A stretch of 32,923 bases of DNA from Octopus sinensis (taxonomy: Eukaryota). The DNA is taken from NCBI RefSeq assembly GCF_006345805.1, contig NW_021832797.1, positions 1 to 32,923 on the forward strand. Reading direction: 5' to 3'. This document shows positions 1-11,059 of this stretch, in pieces; position 1 is the stretch's first letter, and each line of letters begins with the position of its first letter. Both the position numbers and the translations under genes were made by a program. The notes under the pieces are model-generated. The model was not told the origin of the DNA and did no database searches. It worked only from the letters and a program-made list of their open reading frames with translations.

Positions 1-297
1 TCGATTTATATTCTCACACTTTTCGAACACGTGCTTTTGCATCTCTGACCCTGCGTTGCATTTTTGAATTTTTGTTTTAATTTACTTTTTGTTTGATTGT
101 TTCCTCTCCGCCTCCTAAATTTACCCGTATTTGAAGGATTTTTAACTATTTGTAGCTTTATGACTGTGCAGAATTATTCTATGTTATTTCGCGGCTTGAT
201 CATAACAACGACTTATACACACATACATATATACATACAAACACACACACACACACGCCATACACAGATGCACACATATGGTTCTCTGTATGAATGT

Positions 298-693
298 ATG
301 TATGAGAAAGTAAGGAGGGATGTCAAGAAGGGCATCGCTACTACACTTCCAGATGGGAAGGGTCTTCCTATGATGCTGACATGCAGTGTCTGTGCAAGAC
401 CCTGCCTCAGTAAAGCTGGACTCAAGAGTCATCTTCGTAGTCATAAAGCGACACAGATGAGTGACAACCTGGCCATTGGTGGTGGTGTTACACACCATAC
501 TAATCATATCTGTCAGGCGTGTGGAAGAGAGTGTAATTCGGCAGGAGGACTTAAACGACATGCAAAGGTACATGAAGCCCAGTTACAACTACAGCCGGAT
601 ATTACCGGTAAAGGTTTTAGCTGCCAATTCTGTACAAGATATTGTAGATCTTTAGCTGGGCTAAAAAGTCACATTCGATCACAGCACCAATAA
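298..693 (+). CDS. 131-aa open frame with three C2H2-type zinc fingers (probable LINE ORF2 C-terminal fragment)
   Basis: Fingers CSVCARPCLSKAGLKSHLRSH (382-444), CQACGRECNSAGGLKRHAKVH (511-573), CQFCTRYCRSLAGLKSHIRSQH (622-687). Long non-TGEKP linkers. The ATG at 298 comes from the ATGT microsatellite; the upstream part of the 97..693 ORF is low-complexity. Confidence 0.55.
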   Translation: MYEKVRRDVKKGIATTLPDGKGLPMMLTCSVCARPCLSKAGLKSHLRSHKATQMSDNLAIGGGVTHHTNHICQACGRECNSAGGLKRHAKVHEAQLQLQPDITGKGFSCQFCTRYCRSLAGLKSHIRSQHQ

Positions 694-743
694 CAGTTAA
701 GCTTCGTGCAATGGCCATACTCGATAACGAGGGGGCAGCCATC
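305..743 (+). mobile_element. 5'-truncated 3' end of an RTE-like LINE (ORF2 C-terminal zinc fingers, short 3'UTR with stem-loop, (ATGT)n tail)
   Basis: Encodes CxxC-R-C-S-AGL-SH-R-H fingers of the type ending RTE-clade ORF2. Stop at 691-693, then a 50-nt 3'UTR folding as ATGGC(711-715)/GCCAT(738-742) around CTCG-ATAA-CGAG(720-731), then (ATGT)n. ATGT repeats also abut the 5' junction (294-304). Confidence 0.65.
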
Positions 744-806
744 ATGTATGTATGTATGCATGCATGCATGCATGTATGTATGTATGTATGTATGTATGTA
801 TGTATG

Positions 807-886
<80 letters not shown>
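744..886. repeat. Compound microsatellite (ATGT)n-(CT)n-(AT)n
   Basis: Read directly from the sequence. Confidence 0.95.
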
Positions 887-888
<2 letters not shown>

Positions 889-1167
889 TTTAGGAAGAAT
901 AAACGTATAAATATCTATTCCAGTTTAATATAAGAAGTATTTCGTTTCAGTCAGCCATCTGTGTTACATTGCCCGATTATACAGATACAGACATATGTTC
1001 CCATACATTCATCCATACCCCCCCACTCACACATGGATATGACCCTTTCTTTTATTTGCAGGAAAAGCTTCTTTTCACCTTAAGCCCTGGAAACCAACCA
1101 ATGTCAGCAACAATTGGAGTCGCAAAGAACAAAAATCTCAAAACATAAGAAATATATTTGATTCACA

Positions 1168-1170
1168 ATA

Positions 1171-1214
<44 letters not shown>

Positions 1215-1392
1215 AACGGTTGTTGTAGTAGTAGTAATAGTAGTAGTAGTAGTAGTAATAATAATAATAATAACCATAGTAATCGTAGTAATAATTGCAA
1301 CAAGACGATGACAATGATAATAACAACGATGATGATGATGGTGACGTTGACGATGGTGATGGTGATGTAGATGGTGATAATGATGATAATAA
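1168..1392. repeat. Compound trinucleotide microsatellite (ACT)n/(AGT)n/(AAT)n/(GAT)n
   Basis: Read directly from the sequence. Confidence 0.9.
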
Positions 1393-1530
1393 TATCTTTT
1401 AATGAAATAGAATGTAGTATTTAATGAGTTTTTGTTGCCGGCAGCTAAAGAAAAGCATCTTCAGATTTAGTGATACTGCCGAGGCTAACCTGGGAACGAA
1501 CAAATTGCAATTTCCTATTTTATTAGTCCA

Positions 1531-1561
<31 letters not shown>

Positions 1562-1789
1562 ATGTATGTATGTATGTATGTATGTATGTATGTATGTATG
1601 TATGTATCTATGAGCATGTCAGAGTATATGTGCCGGTATATGTGTATGTAGGTATTACGGTATATGAATGTATTGTAAGCCTATCTATGATATAGTTATT
1701 ATATTTCAATCTACCTATCTATCTAAATATATATGTTATATATTATATATACACATGTATATAATAATAATAATAATAACAATATATAT

Positions 1790-1832
<43 letters not shown>

Positions 1833-2316
1833 ACATACACACTCACAAGAACGCAGTCATGTGCACACACATCTACGTATGGTGAGAGAGAATGTGAGAA
1901 AATATTCGCTTGCCTTTATTATTTGTTATTGTTTTATGCTTATGCTCATCGATATCTATTCAAATCTAAGGTTTATTTTTGTCGGCAAGCGTACATACTT
2001 TCATATGTGCATGCTGCTCTAGCACAGTCGCAGTGGAATGACTGAAACAATATATATATATATATATATAATGGAACAATAACGCAATACAGGACAATAA
2101 AACATTCGGACAGATAGACGATACAAAGGCAGACAGGAGAAACAACACTTAGAAGGACAAGGTTTTCTTTCATCAGTCAAGTATACCAGAAGTCCTTACT
2201 GTTTCGGACAGTTTCACTTGAGACAGATCGATCTGGTTGTCCCGCAAAAAGTCTAAGCTAAGAGCATTAGATTTTTTGTAAGAAAGTTAGTGAATGTGTA
2301 CAGCAACATATATGTC

Positions 2317-2490
2317 GGCGCAGGAGTGGATGTGTGGTAAGTAGCTTGCTTACCAACCACATGGTTCCCGGTTCAGTCCCACTGAGTGGCACCGTGGGCG
2401 AGTATCTTCTACTATAGCCTCGGACTATAGTAAAAGACACTTGTGAGTGGATTGGTGGACGGAAACTGAAAGAAGCCCGTCGTATATCTA
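2317..2490 (+). mobile_element. tRNA-derived SINE, in-window family A (head and body)
   Basis: Head GGCGCAGGAGTGGATGTGTGGTAAG, B-box-like GGTTCAGTCCC, body ending GAAGCCCGTCGTATAT. Homologous to 3953-4117 (-), 6127-6230 and 23843-23965 (-). Confidence 0.85.
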
Positions 2491-2769
2491 TATACATAAA
2501 TGGCAATTTCTGTCTGTTTGTGGATGTGTATGCTTGCTTGTGAATTTGTTACTTTAACTCCCCCGAGACTATCTAACCGATCGTGTGTGGAGCTTATTCC
2601 CATGGGGTCACTTACGCACTTAGAATTGCTTTAAAAAATCGCATATTCCATCTGTGTATAAAATTTCAAGAAAATCGGTTGAAAACTTTAAAAGTTATAG
2701 CAGAAAAAACATTTATATGAGAATTTGAATTGAAATGTCCTACTGATTTTTGAAAAATCGATACTGATT

Positions 2770-3250
2770 AAACAGTGATACTGCTGTCTTACCAATTCTA
2801 CGCATGATTGAATCGGTTCGTAAAGCTTGTTCTTGAGCAGCAACAATCAGTCCTTCCGTCTCCTTCTTTAAAATAAAACCATGTCTTGACCATTTCCAGG
2901 ATTCTTCATGAACTTCATCCGATGTTTGTTGGAAAACTCTCCGTGTAGGACTTTCCGTTTCCAGTTGATGATCTTTTCTTTACTAGTCATCACATTGTAC
3001 TCCTGGAGGGTCTTACCATTGTCTCTGGTCCCCTTTTCATTCAGTGCAGCCAGCAACATACTCTTATCACTATTCCTCAGATAAGCATCCATCTCCCTCA
3101 CAACACCATCTTCTATTCCAACTAGTCCTCTTCCATCTTCCTTCCTCGGTAAGTAAAAACTTATTACACTGCTTCTACGCATAGGCACTATCGTCCTAGT
3201 TTTTATATCCATGCTGACAAGTTCTTCCTCTGTCCCTTCCACAATTCCTG
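2770..3250 (-). pseudogene. Fragment of an R4/Dong-like non-LTR retrotransposon ORF (region downstream of RT), frameshifted
   Basis: Minus-strand translation RYHAGIVEGTEEELVSMDIKTR...FYLPRKEDGRGL...WKRKVLHGEF, then in another frame ESWKW...LKKETEGLIVAAQEQALRT. These motifs match R4-clade elements as I recall them. Confidence 0.75.
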
Positions 3251-3735
3251 CGTGGTAACGTTTTGTCTGCAGAGGTACAAGGACTGTAATTTTGTCTTGT
3301 ATGTTTAATACTGCGCCACAAAGCTATCAGTTGGTACCATTTTGTTAATGTCTTTAAACACCCCGAAAAAAGAATCACATCATAATTTTCCAGTTTCCTT
3401 TACTTACGTTTGATGTTTCAAAATTATGAAAAAAGAAAAAAAAAAGAAAAACCAACTAAAAACAAAAACAATGAACCAAAGTGAAATCTCCATTATAATA
3501 TCTGCACAACTGTTAATCTTGTTCTCATGATCTAATTTAAAAGTGTTTGTTTGTCTACAACACGTGTTTCTGCTGCAGATGTTCTTGTCGTCTAAATCCT
3601 GTTTTATATGTTGAGCAATTCCCTAAAAGGCAGGTTGCCTTTGATAGATTATATCTTTACGGGTGTTAATGGTGGGGACTGGAGTTGGAAACATTTCTGG
3701 ACATCACAAATAGTGTTGTTGCCAGGATAATGTCT

Positions 3736-4117
3736 TCTTTTATCTTTTTACCTCTTTCGGTCACTGGGCTGCGGCCATGCTGTGGCACCGCCGTGGAAGA
3801 CTTTAGTCGAACAATGTGAGTACTTATTTTTCATTTGAAGTCTGGCGCTTGTTCTATCGGTTTCTTTTGTCGAACTGTTTAGCTACAGGGAGATAAATAC
3901 ATGAACACTGATCATCAAGCGATAGGGAGAGACACACACACACACACGTAAATTACGGGCTTCCACACAGTTTCCGTCTGTTAAATTCGCTCACGAGGCA
4001 CTGGTCGACCCGGAGCTATAAAAGGAGGCACTCACCGAAGGTGCCGCGCAGTGGAACTGAATCCAAAACTGCATGGTTGCAAAGCGAGCTTCTGAAGCAC
4101 ACAGCCATAACTACGCC
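3736..4117 (-). mobile_element. Near full-length family A SINE: tRNA head, body, (AC)n spacer, ~200-bp 3' tail module
   Basis: The reverse complement begins GGCGTAGTTATGGCTGTGTG...GGATTCAGTTCC. The body ends GAAGCCCGTA. The tail is homologous to 5898-6094, 15300-15466 and 24985-25170. Confidence 0.8.
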
Positions 4118-4298
4118 TGTGACGAACATTTTTTTGTACTACCAGTAATACAATCGGGTTGATGAAAATACTGCATTTTTTCAAGATTGTCTGATTAAAC
4201 CATAGTCTGTGGAGGAGGATTGCTCTAATCCCAGATTCTTCGTAAATGCCCTGTAATTCTGATGGTCTTTATCCTGTTTTTAATATGTCTAGCATTCA

Positions 4299-4906
4299 GG
4301 CGGCGAGCTGACAGAAACGTTAGCACTCCGTGCGAAATGCTTAGTGGTATTTCGTCTGCCGTTATGTTCTGAATTCCACCGAGGTCGACTTTGTCTTTCA
4401 TCCTTTCGGGGTCGATAAATTAAGTACCAGTTACACACTGAGGTCGATATAATCGACTTAATCCGTCTGTCTGTCCTTGTTTGTCTCCTCTGTGTTTAGC
4501 CTCTTGTGAGCAGTAAAGAAATAGGTATTTCGTCTGCCGTTACGTTTTGAGTTCAAATTCCGCTGAGGTCGACTTTGCCTTTCATCCTTTCGGGGTCGAT
4601 TAAAATAAGTACCAGTTACACACTGAGATCGATATAAGTGACTTAATCACTTTGTCTGTCCTTGTTTGTCCTTTCTATGTTTAGCCCCTCGTGGGCAGTA
4701 AAGAAATAAGAAACGTTAGCACGCTGGGCGAAATGCTTAGCGATATTTTGTCTGTCGTTATGCTCAGAGTTCAAATTTCGCCGAGGTCAACTTTGCCTTT
4801 CATCCTTTCGGGATCGATAAATTAAGTGCCAGTTGCGTACTAGGGTCAATCTAATCGAGTAGTCTCCTCCCTCAAAATTTCGGGCCTGGTGCTTAGAGTA
4901 GAAAAG
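4299..4906 (+). mobile_element. Head-to-tail trimer of a second SINE family (family B)
   Basis: Three units (4299-4523, 4524-4708, 4709-4906) share GAGGTCGACTTTG(C/T)CTTTCATCCTTTCGGGG-like sequence and a GTTC-AAATTC B-box-like motif. The same family occurs at 11060-11220 and 18264-18491. Confidence 0.9.
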
Positions 4907-5656
4907 ACTATGTCGAGCATTCATTCGACTTCTGCATCTTCCCTACTGTAACAAGTTACGTTTGATTAATTTACTTTTTTCTGACCCGGTGACTGGAGTG
5001 GTGTCAGAGTTCACTTCTTTCATGTATTTTAGTAACCAAAACTATGGCCATACTGGAACATCGTTTTCCTTTCTCTAGTTTGTTTCTCTCTGTTATTATT
5101 GAAAATTACGTGTAATAATAAATTGGTTCTACTTCAATACAAAATATTTTAACATTGTTTTAATACGATTCCTAATGATGTTTGATAATGAAAATATCAT
5201 AGGAACGGCTGCGAGGGTCCACTGGAATGAAATAGGAATCAAAGGGGTCCACAGACAGAAAATGGTAGAGAAGCACTTTTGTAGAGAATGAAAGAGTCTG
5301 CTACGAAGACAGACTCTGTGGAACGACATGTGAGCCTCGTCTTGAGGAACAGACTCAAAATGAGAGGAAACGTCTTAAACGAAATATATATATTGGTATT
5401 ATATCAAAACACACAAACACACGCATGCGTGTCAGTGTATATATGTATAATTTTTGTAAAAAGAATTCTCGATACTGTCAATATTTGAAGAAAGATTTTC
5501 TTAGATTAGAAATTTTATTAATTATATAAAAAAAATCTTAAAACAGAATGACACGAACATTGGAAGTTACTTCCCAAAATTTCGTGTTACTCTGTTTTTT
5601 TAAGATTTATTATTTTATAATTAGTCATTTTTAATTTAATAAAATCTTTGTTCAAA

Positions 5657-5735
5657 TGCATACATACATACATACATACACACACACACCACACACACAC
5701 ACACACACATATTATATATATATATATTATATATA

Positions 5736-5770
<35 letters not shown>

Positions 5771-5843
5771 GTGTGTGTGTGTGTGTGTGTGTGTTTGTAT
5801 GTGTGTGCGTGTGTATGTGTGTGTGCGTGTATGTGTGTGTTTG

Positions 5844-5875
<32 letters not shown>
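5657..5875. repeat. (AC)n-(AT)n-(GT)n-(AT)n compound microsatellite
   Basis: Read directly from the sequence. Confidence 0.9.
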
Positions 5876-5877
<2 letters not shown>

Positions 5878-5897
5878 GTGTATGTGTTTGTATTTCT

Positions 5898-6094
5898 GCT
5901 TGTCCCCCTAACATCGCTTGACAGCCGATGCTGGTGTGTTTACGTCCCCGTAACTTAGCGGTTCGGCAAAAGAGACCGATATAGTATGTACTAGGCTTAC
6001 AAAGAATAAGTCCTGGGGGCGATTTCCTCGACAAAAGGCAGTGCTCCAGAATCGCCGCAGTCAAATGATTGAAACAAGTAAAAGAGTAAAAGAG
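5898..6094 (+). mobile_element. Family A SINE 3' tail module
   Basis: TTGTCCCC...GTTTACGTCCCCGTAACTTAGCGGTTCGGCAAAAGAGACCGATA...GAAACAAGTAAAAGAG, homologous to 15300-15466 and to the reverse complement of 3736-3935. Confidence 0.85.
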
Positions 6095-6126
6095 TAAATA
6101 TATATATATATATAGATATGTATGTA

Positions 6127-6230
6127 TGGTTATGTGGCAAGAAATTTACTTCCCAGCCACATGGTTCCGGGTTCAGTCCGAGTACGTGACATATAATAGG
6201 GCAGCTACCTCGGGCCGACCAAAGCCTTGT
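6127..6230 (+). mobile_element. Truncated family A SINE head
   Basis: CCACATGGTTCCGGGTTCAGTCC...CCTCGGGCCGACCAAAGCCTTGT matches the 2317 copy. Confidence 0.75.
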
Positions 6231-6234
6231 AAAT

Positions 6235-6435
6235 GAAGGTGTGTGGCTCAGTGGTTAGGATATTCGGCTCACGATAATACTGTCAGTTCGATTCACGGCG
6301 GTGCGTTGTGTTCTTCAGCAAAACTCTTTACTTCACATTGCCCCTATCCACTGAGCTGGCAAAAATGTAAATCAAAATGGCTAGCCTTGACTATTTTGTG
6401 TCATGCTGCATCTACCCGAGAACCACGTTAAACGT

Positions 6436-6472
<37 letters not shown>

Positions 6473-6564
6473 CTACTCAGCCATTTTCACGTTAATTTCA
6501 CGATTAGCCTTTTCCGTTGATCGGATCAACTGGAACACCCGTTGTCGTAACCGACGGAGTACCA
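6235..6564 (+). mobile_element. tRNA-derived SINE, family C, with internal (GT)n
   Basis: A-box TGGCTCAGTGG (6244-6254), B-box GTTCGATTC, central TTGTGTTCTTCAGCAAAACTCTTTACTTCACATTGC segment. Confidence 0.7.
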
Positions 6565-6782
6565 GTTATATATTCATAGAAATATGTATACCAAGCGTTT
6601 AAAGTAAGATTTATTTATCAGTTATTAAAAGTCTGTCACATCTCCATGAATAAGAACAACTTCACTGTGTTTTGTGTTCAGAATTCCATAAATTGACGTC
6701 GGTTTATCCTTTCATATTGACGAACGCCCCATCCCCATACTTTTATCAAAAGATGCCGGTTATTGTGCAACAATGAGTAATT

Positions 6783-7385
6783 TGATAGCATGTCAACTTA
6801 ATGTGACAGTCCCATTAAAGGGAAAAAATGCTACTGTTATTTAGCTACTGTTATTTAGCCCGTTTCCTGTTGGACTTGACGCATTTCCCGTGTTCTTATG
6901 TTTTCACGGGACTGTCACATTAAGTTGACAACATGCTATCACTTTATCGTGCTGCTACTGCATAAATCTCTCTGAGAGATTTAGAAATATATCATTTCTA
7001 TTCTCAAAAATCAGTGAATGTATTTCACTTGAAACATATATGTTTTCAAAACATATATCTTTCAAAGTATATATGATAGGCATCGACAGCTAGCAAGCCA
7101 TGCTACTCCAGACTGATGATGAGCAATAACTCTGAAACTAGTCTCTGGTTTTTAGCTTTGGTGGGTGGAGGTGTTTCTCTCCACTTTGAAAACAGGACAC
7201 AGGAAATGTATTAAGTCCAACAGGAAACGTTGTTTCCTAGGGCTAAATAACAGTAGCATTCTTCCCTTTCATGGGATTGCCACATTAAGTTGGTAACATA
7301 TCATCACTTTATCGTGCTGCTACTGCATAAATCTCTCCGAGAGATTTAGAAATATATTTCTATTTTCAATGAGTGATTTGTTTCT
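6783..7385 (+). mobile_element. Penelope-like pseudo-LTR or retrozyme-like relic: inverted arm plus partial ~365-bp direct repeat containing a hammerhead
   Basis: 6908-7007 recurs at 7273-7369 (offset 365). 6783-6905 is the reverse complement of the unit segment at 7188-7305. A hammerhead lies at 7108-7148. Confidence 0.75.
7108..7148 (+). ncRNA. Minimal type-I hammerhead ribozyme motif
   Basis: CCAGA-CTGATGA-T-GAG-CAATAA-CTC-T-GAAAC-TA-GTC^TCTGG. Stem I CCAGA/TCTGG, intact core, stem II GAG/CTC, palindromic stem III ACTAGT, predicted cut after C7143. Confidence 0.8.
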
Positions 7386-7777
7386 AAATCCAACATTAAA
7401 TTATAAATCTCAAAATCACACCATGAACCAATAAAGATTATACAGCACGGGGATCACCAAGTAACAACAGCGTCCAGTGTCAAATTATTCTGTATTGTCT
7501 TAAAAGATGCAGAGCATATTTGATTATGGTCACAATAAAAACAAACAAAAGAACTGGATGGCCACAGAAGGCCTTTGATGCGAAGCCATGTCAACCAAGG
7601 CAGACCTAGGGCTAAATAACATCAACACAAACCAATAATTCGAAATTCGTTGCTGGTGAAACTTGGTTTGTTTGTGCAGTGGGACAGAGTTTTTCTACAT
7701 CTGGTGGGGCCAAACGCATCGACTTCCTGATAGGCAGAAAGTCTTTACTTGATGTTCTGCCGCAATAAATAACTTCC

Positions 7778-7820
<43 letters not shown>

Positions 7821-8229
7821 CCTGTGTGTTCTTCGACATCATTGAAGGAATATTTTTCCAACGAACTTGTTTCCATTCGTGGCTGTCCTTTGATATTTGA
7901 TGTTTCGTAATTGCAAAAGATGAATGAAAATAACAGAGAAATGTCCATCTGCGGGTAAAGAATATAAACTCTAAAACGGAGCATCAGGAGTACTTGTTGT
8001 ATTCGCAAAAGCATTTTGTGTTATGAGTGAATGAAGCGAGTTGACATAATGAAAGTGAGAAACTGTTGGTAACTGAGAAGCATTGGGATAATACGGCCAA
8101 TGCCGCCACTGATCGGGATTTCTGCTGAGCGAAACTCAAACGGAGTCGTTTTTCCCGCTCTTTCCGGCAGAGTTTATCAGAAAGTCAACGTGATCAGTCA
8201 TCGATCACGCAGTGTCAAAACATTTATCA

Positions 8230-8689
8230 ATACCTCACCACACACACACACAGGCACACACACACACAGACATGCATAAACACACACACATACTCACACA
8301 GACACACACACACACAAAACACACACACACACGCTCACACAAACACACACGCATACACACACACTCACACAGACATACACACACATACACACACTCACAC
8401 AGACATACACACATACACATACACACAGTCACACAAGCACACACATATACACACAGACATACTCACACACAGACATACACAGACATACACACACATACTC
8501 ACACAGACATACTCACACACACACACGCACACACACACATACTCACACAGACATACGCACACACATAGACGTACACAGACATACACACACAAACACACAC
8601 ATACTCACATAGACATACTCACACACACACAAACACACACACACGCACACACACAGACACAGACATACTCACACAGGAACACACACAGG

Positions 8690-8724
<35 letters not shown>
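8230..8724. repeat. CA-rich degenerate mini/microsatellite (ACACACAT/ACTCACAC/ACAGACAT units)
   Basis: Read directly from the sequence. Confidence 0.9.
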
Positions 8725-8726
<2 letters not shown>

Positions 8727-11059
8727 TACGGAATATTTATTTTCCCAATGTTTAAGACAATCTAAATTGATTACAAACTGATTTGATTTATTTCCTATTA
8801 TATTCGCTCCGCTTTGTTTTTCTCTTCCGTTATATTTCTATAGCTCCATTTCTGTTTTTTACTCTCGAAGGGTCCACCATAATACAAACCCAAAGGGAGA
8901 AAACAATCCTTTAAAAACCCATCGAGGAATTTCTTTTTTAAATGACCAAAACTGGCCAATCGGAATATTGAATAAAAACAACCGCTTCAAGGCATTCGTT
9001 GTTGTTTGTTTTCTTTTTTCTATTTTTCCTAGTTTCACATGAAATTAATTTGGTAATTAATTGTGTAAAAGTGCAACTAATTAAAATGGAAAGTTCGTCT
9101 AATGAAAGCAACAACAGCCAAGAAGCACTAAACGTTAATAAGGACAATTAATGTTGACAAGCCAGGATGAATGTTAGTCTTTATTGATCGGTTAATAACA
9201 TCAAGGATGAGTCAGAAAACTCGCAGAAAAACAATCCAAAGAAAGGCAGCGACCATATTTTGTCTTCTTTCTTCAGATCTCGATAAAACCATTCGAAAGT
9301 GACACTAAGGTTTTTTTGTTTTGTTGTTGTTTGTTTTTTTTCTACTTTTCCACTAAAATTCTTTTTATTGAAAATCTTTAAAAATGTCTTTTCTTGTATT
9401 GCATCCTTTCATGACGCTGACATGGTGTTAAAAGATTGCGTTACGTTGTACAGGCTGCAGTGTGTTTGCGCTTCTCCACTTAATTTAATTAGATAAAAAT
9501 CATACGATGAACATTTAAGACAATAGAAGCTAATTACGTAATACGAGGATGTTTTGGTGAGAGAAAACTCATGTAAAATAAGCCGAGTATTTCTCACAAT
9601 TAAATAATATTTTATGTTGTGAAAAGAATCTAATTCTTCATCAACTTGTTCAGACAAATTTCTTCATTGAAAAGTTATAACACCTTTAGAAAATAATATT
9701 TAAAATGTGAGAAAATAAATATACAAAACGAAAAAAAGAAATGGAAAATGATGAGAAAAGTGGATTATGAATTATGCAGTGAGTTGAATTTATTTTGTGT
9801 TGGCCATTTTATTGATGAAAATATTCAACAAACTTTTCCTTGATTTCCTCTCAAGATTAACGAGTAAAAATACTGCAGTGTGTTTAGAGAATTTAGTTGT
9901 TGTACAGTATTTAGTAGATAAAGTACTGGGTGTGTTTTGTCTGGAATGGTTTAGCAGTTAAAATGGGCAATGAAATTCCTGAATTAGTTAATAAGCACGG
10001 AAATAGGAACCAATTTTTGTATGCATTGATAAAAACAAAAAAAAAAAAAACCCAAAAAAACCACTTCTGGACGTTGGACAAACAAGTTTTGGTACTTTGA
10101 AAGATTTTAAAATATGTAAAGGAATTTGAAATAAAGAATAAAAATATGAAGTGACAGCACAAACAACTACAATCACCATCTTCACACCACCACCACCACC
10201 ACTATTTGTCGATCTCAACAAATAGTTATTCGCTAGGCTCTACGATTGGTGGATTATTGAGATTTGTATCGATTTCTGGCAGGTTCTACGATTGGGGGAG
10301 TTGGTATCAAAGAATAGTTATTCGCTGCTGAAACTACCTCACATCAAAGTGTTTGCTTTTCTCTGTAATTTGCATCCCCAAGTTTATTTACAATCATTTA
10401 GCACCAGACAACATGTAGCAGTATAAGTGCCATTTTATGCCACACGTCAAAACATGTGTAACAATTGGCACCACACTATTCCACGAACCACCATGACGTG
10501 TACAAAAATACGCATCACTGTATTCCATATGCGACAAATAAATGTATTACCGAGTGAGTTACTGTATCCCACATGCTTACCCACATGTACCATTGTGTCC
10601 CACAAGCCATAACACGTGTCGGTTTGTGCGCAATTTTATCCGATTCACCATGTGTCACAATGTGCGTCATTTTATTCTCCAGTTACCACATGTTCACACA
10701 TGTATCAACACATGTTTCACGGAGTTCATACAACACAAAATGAATCCCCATGTGCCTTATTGTATTCAAAGGAGAAAATATTTTTTACCACATGTGACAA
10801 TGTATGCCCTGAAACATATTCATTACAATGTGAAGCCATGTAGTCTCTCCCGACCCCACCGTTACATCTTGTATCAACCTTTATACTAGTTCGCTACAAC
10901 TCCCCCACACACGCACAAACACACACACACACATACATACACACATACACACACACAAACAAACACAGAGTGAAATTTAAACGTGTGTGCGTGTGTGTGT
11001 GTGTTTGAGTGTGTGTGTGTGTGTGAGTGTGTGTGTGTGTGTGTATCATCAGTTATATA

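Noticed and set aside
97-297. N-terminal part of the 198-aa ORF
   Set aside because: Runs through AT-rich and (AC)n sequence (THTHT). It is open by chance; the real homology starts at ~305.
2150-2185. CTGATGA core on the minus strand (2170-2176) with a possible AG/CT mini-stem
   Set aside because: No GAAA follows and no stem I partner is evident. At best a deleted relic.
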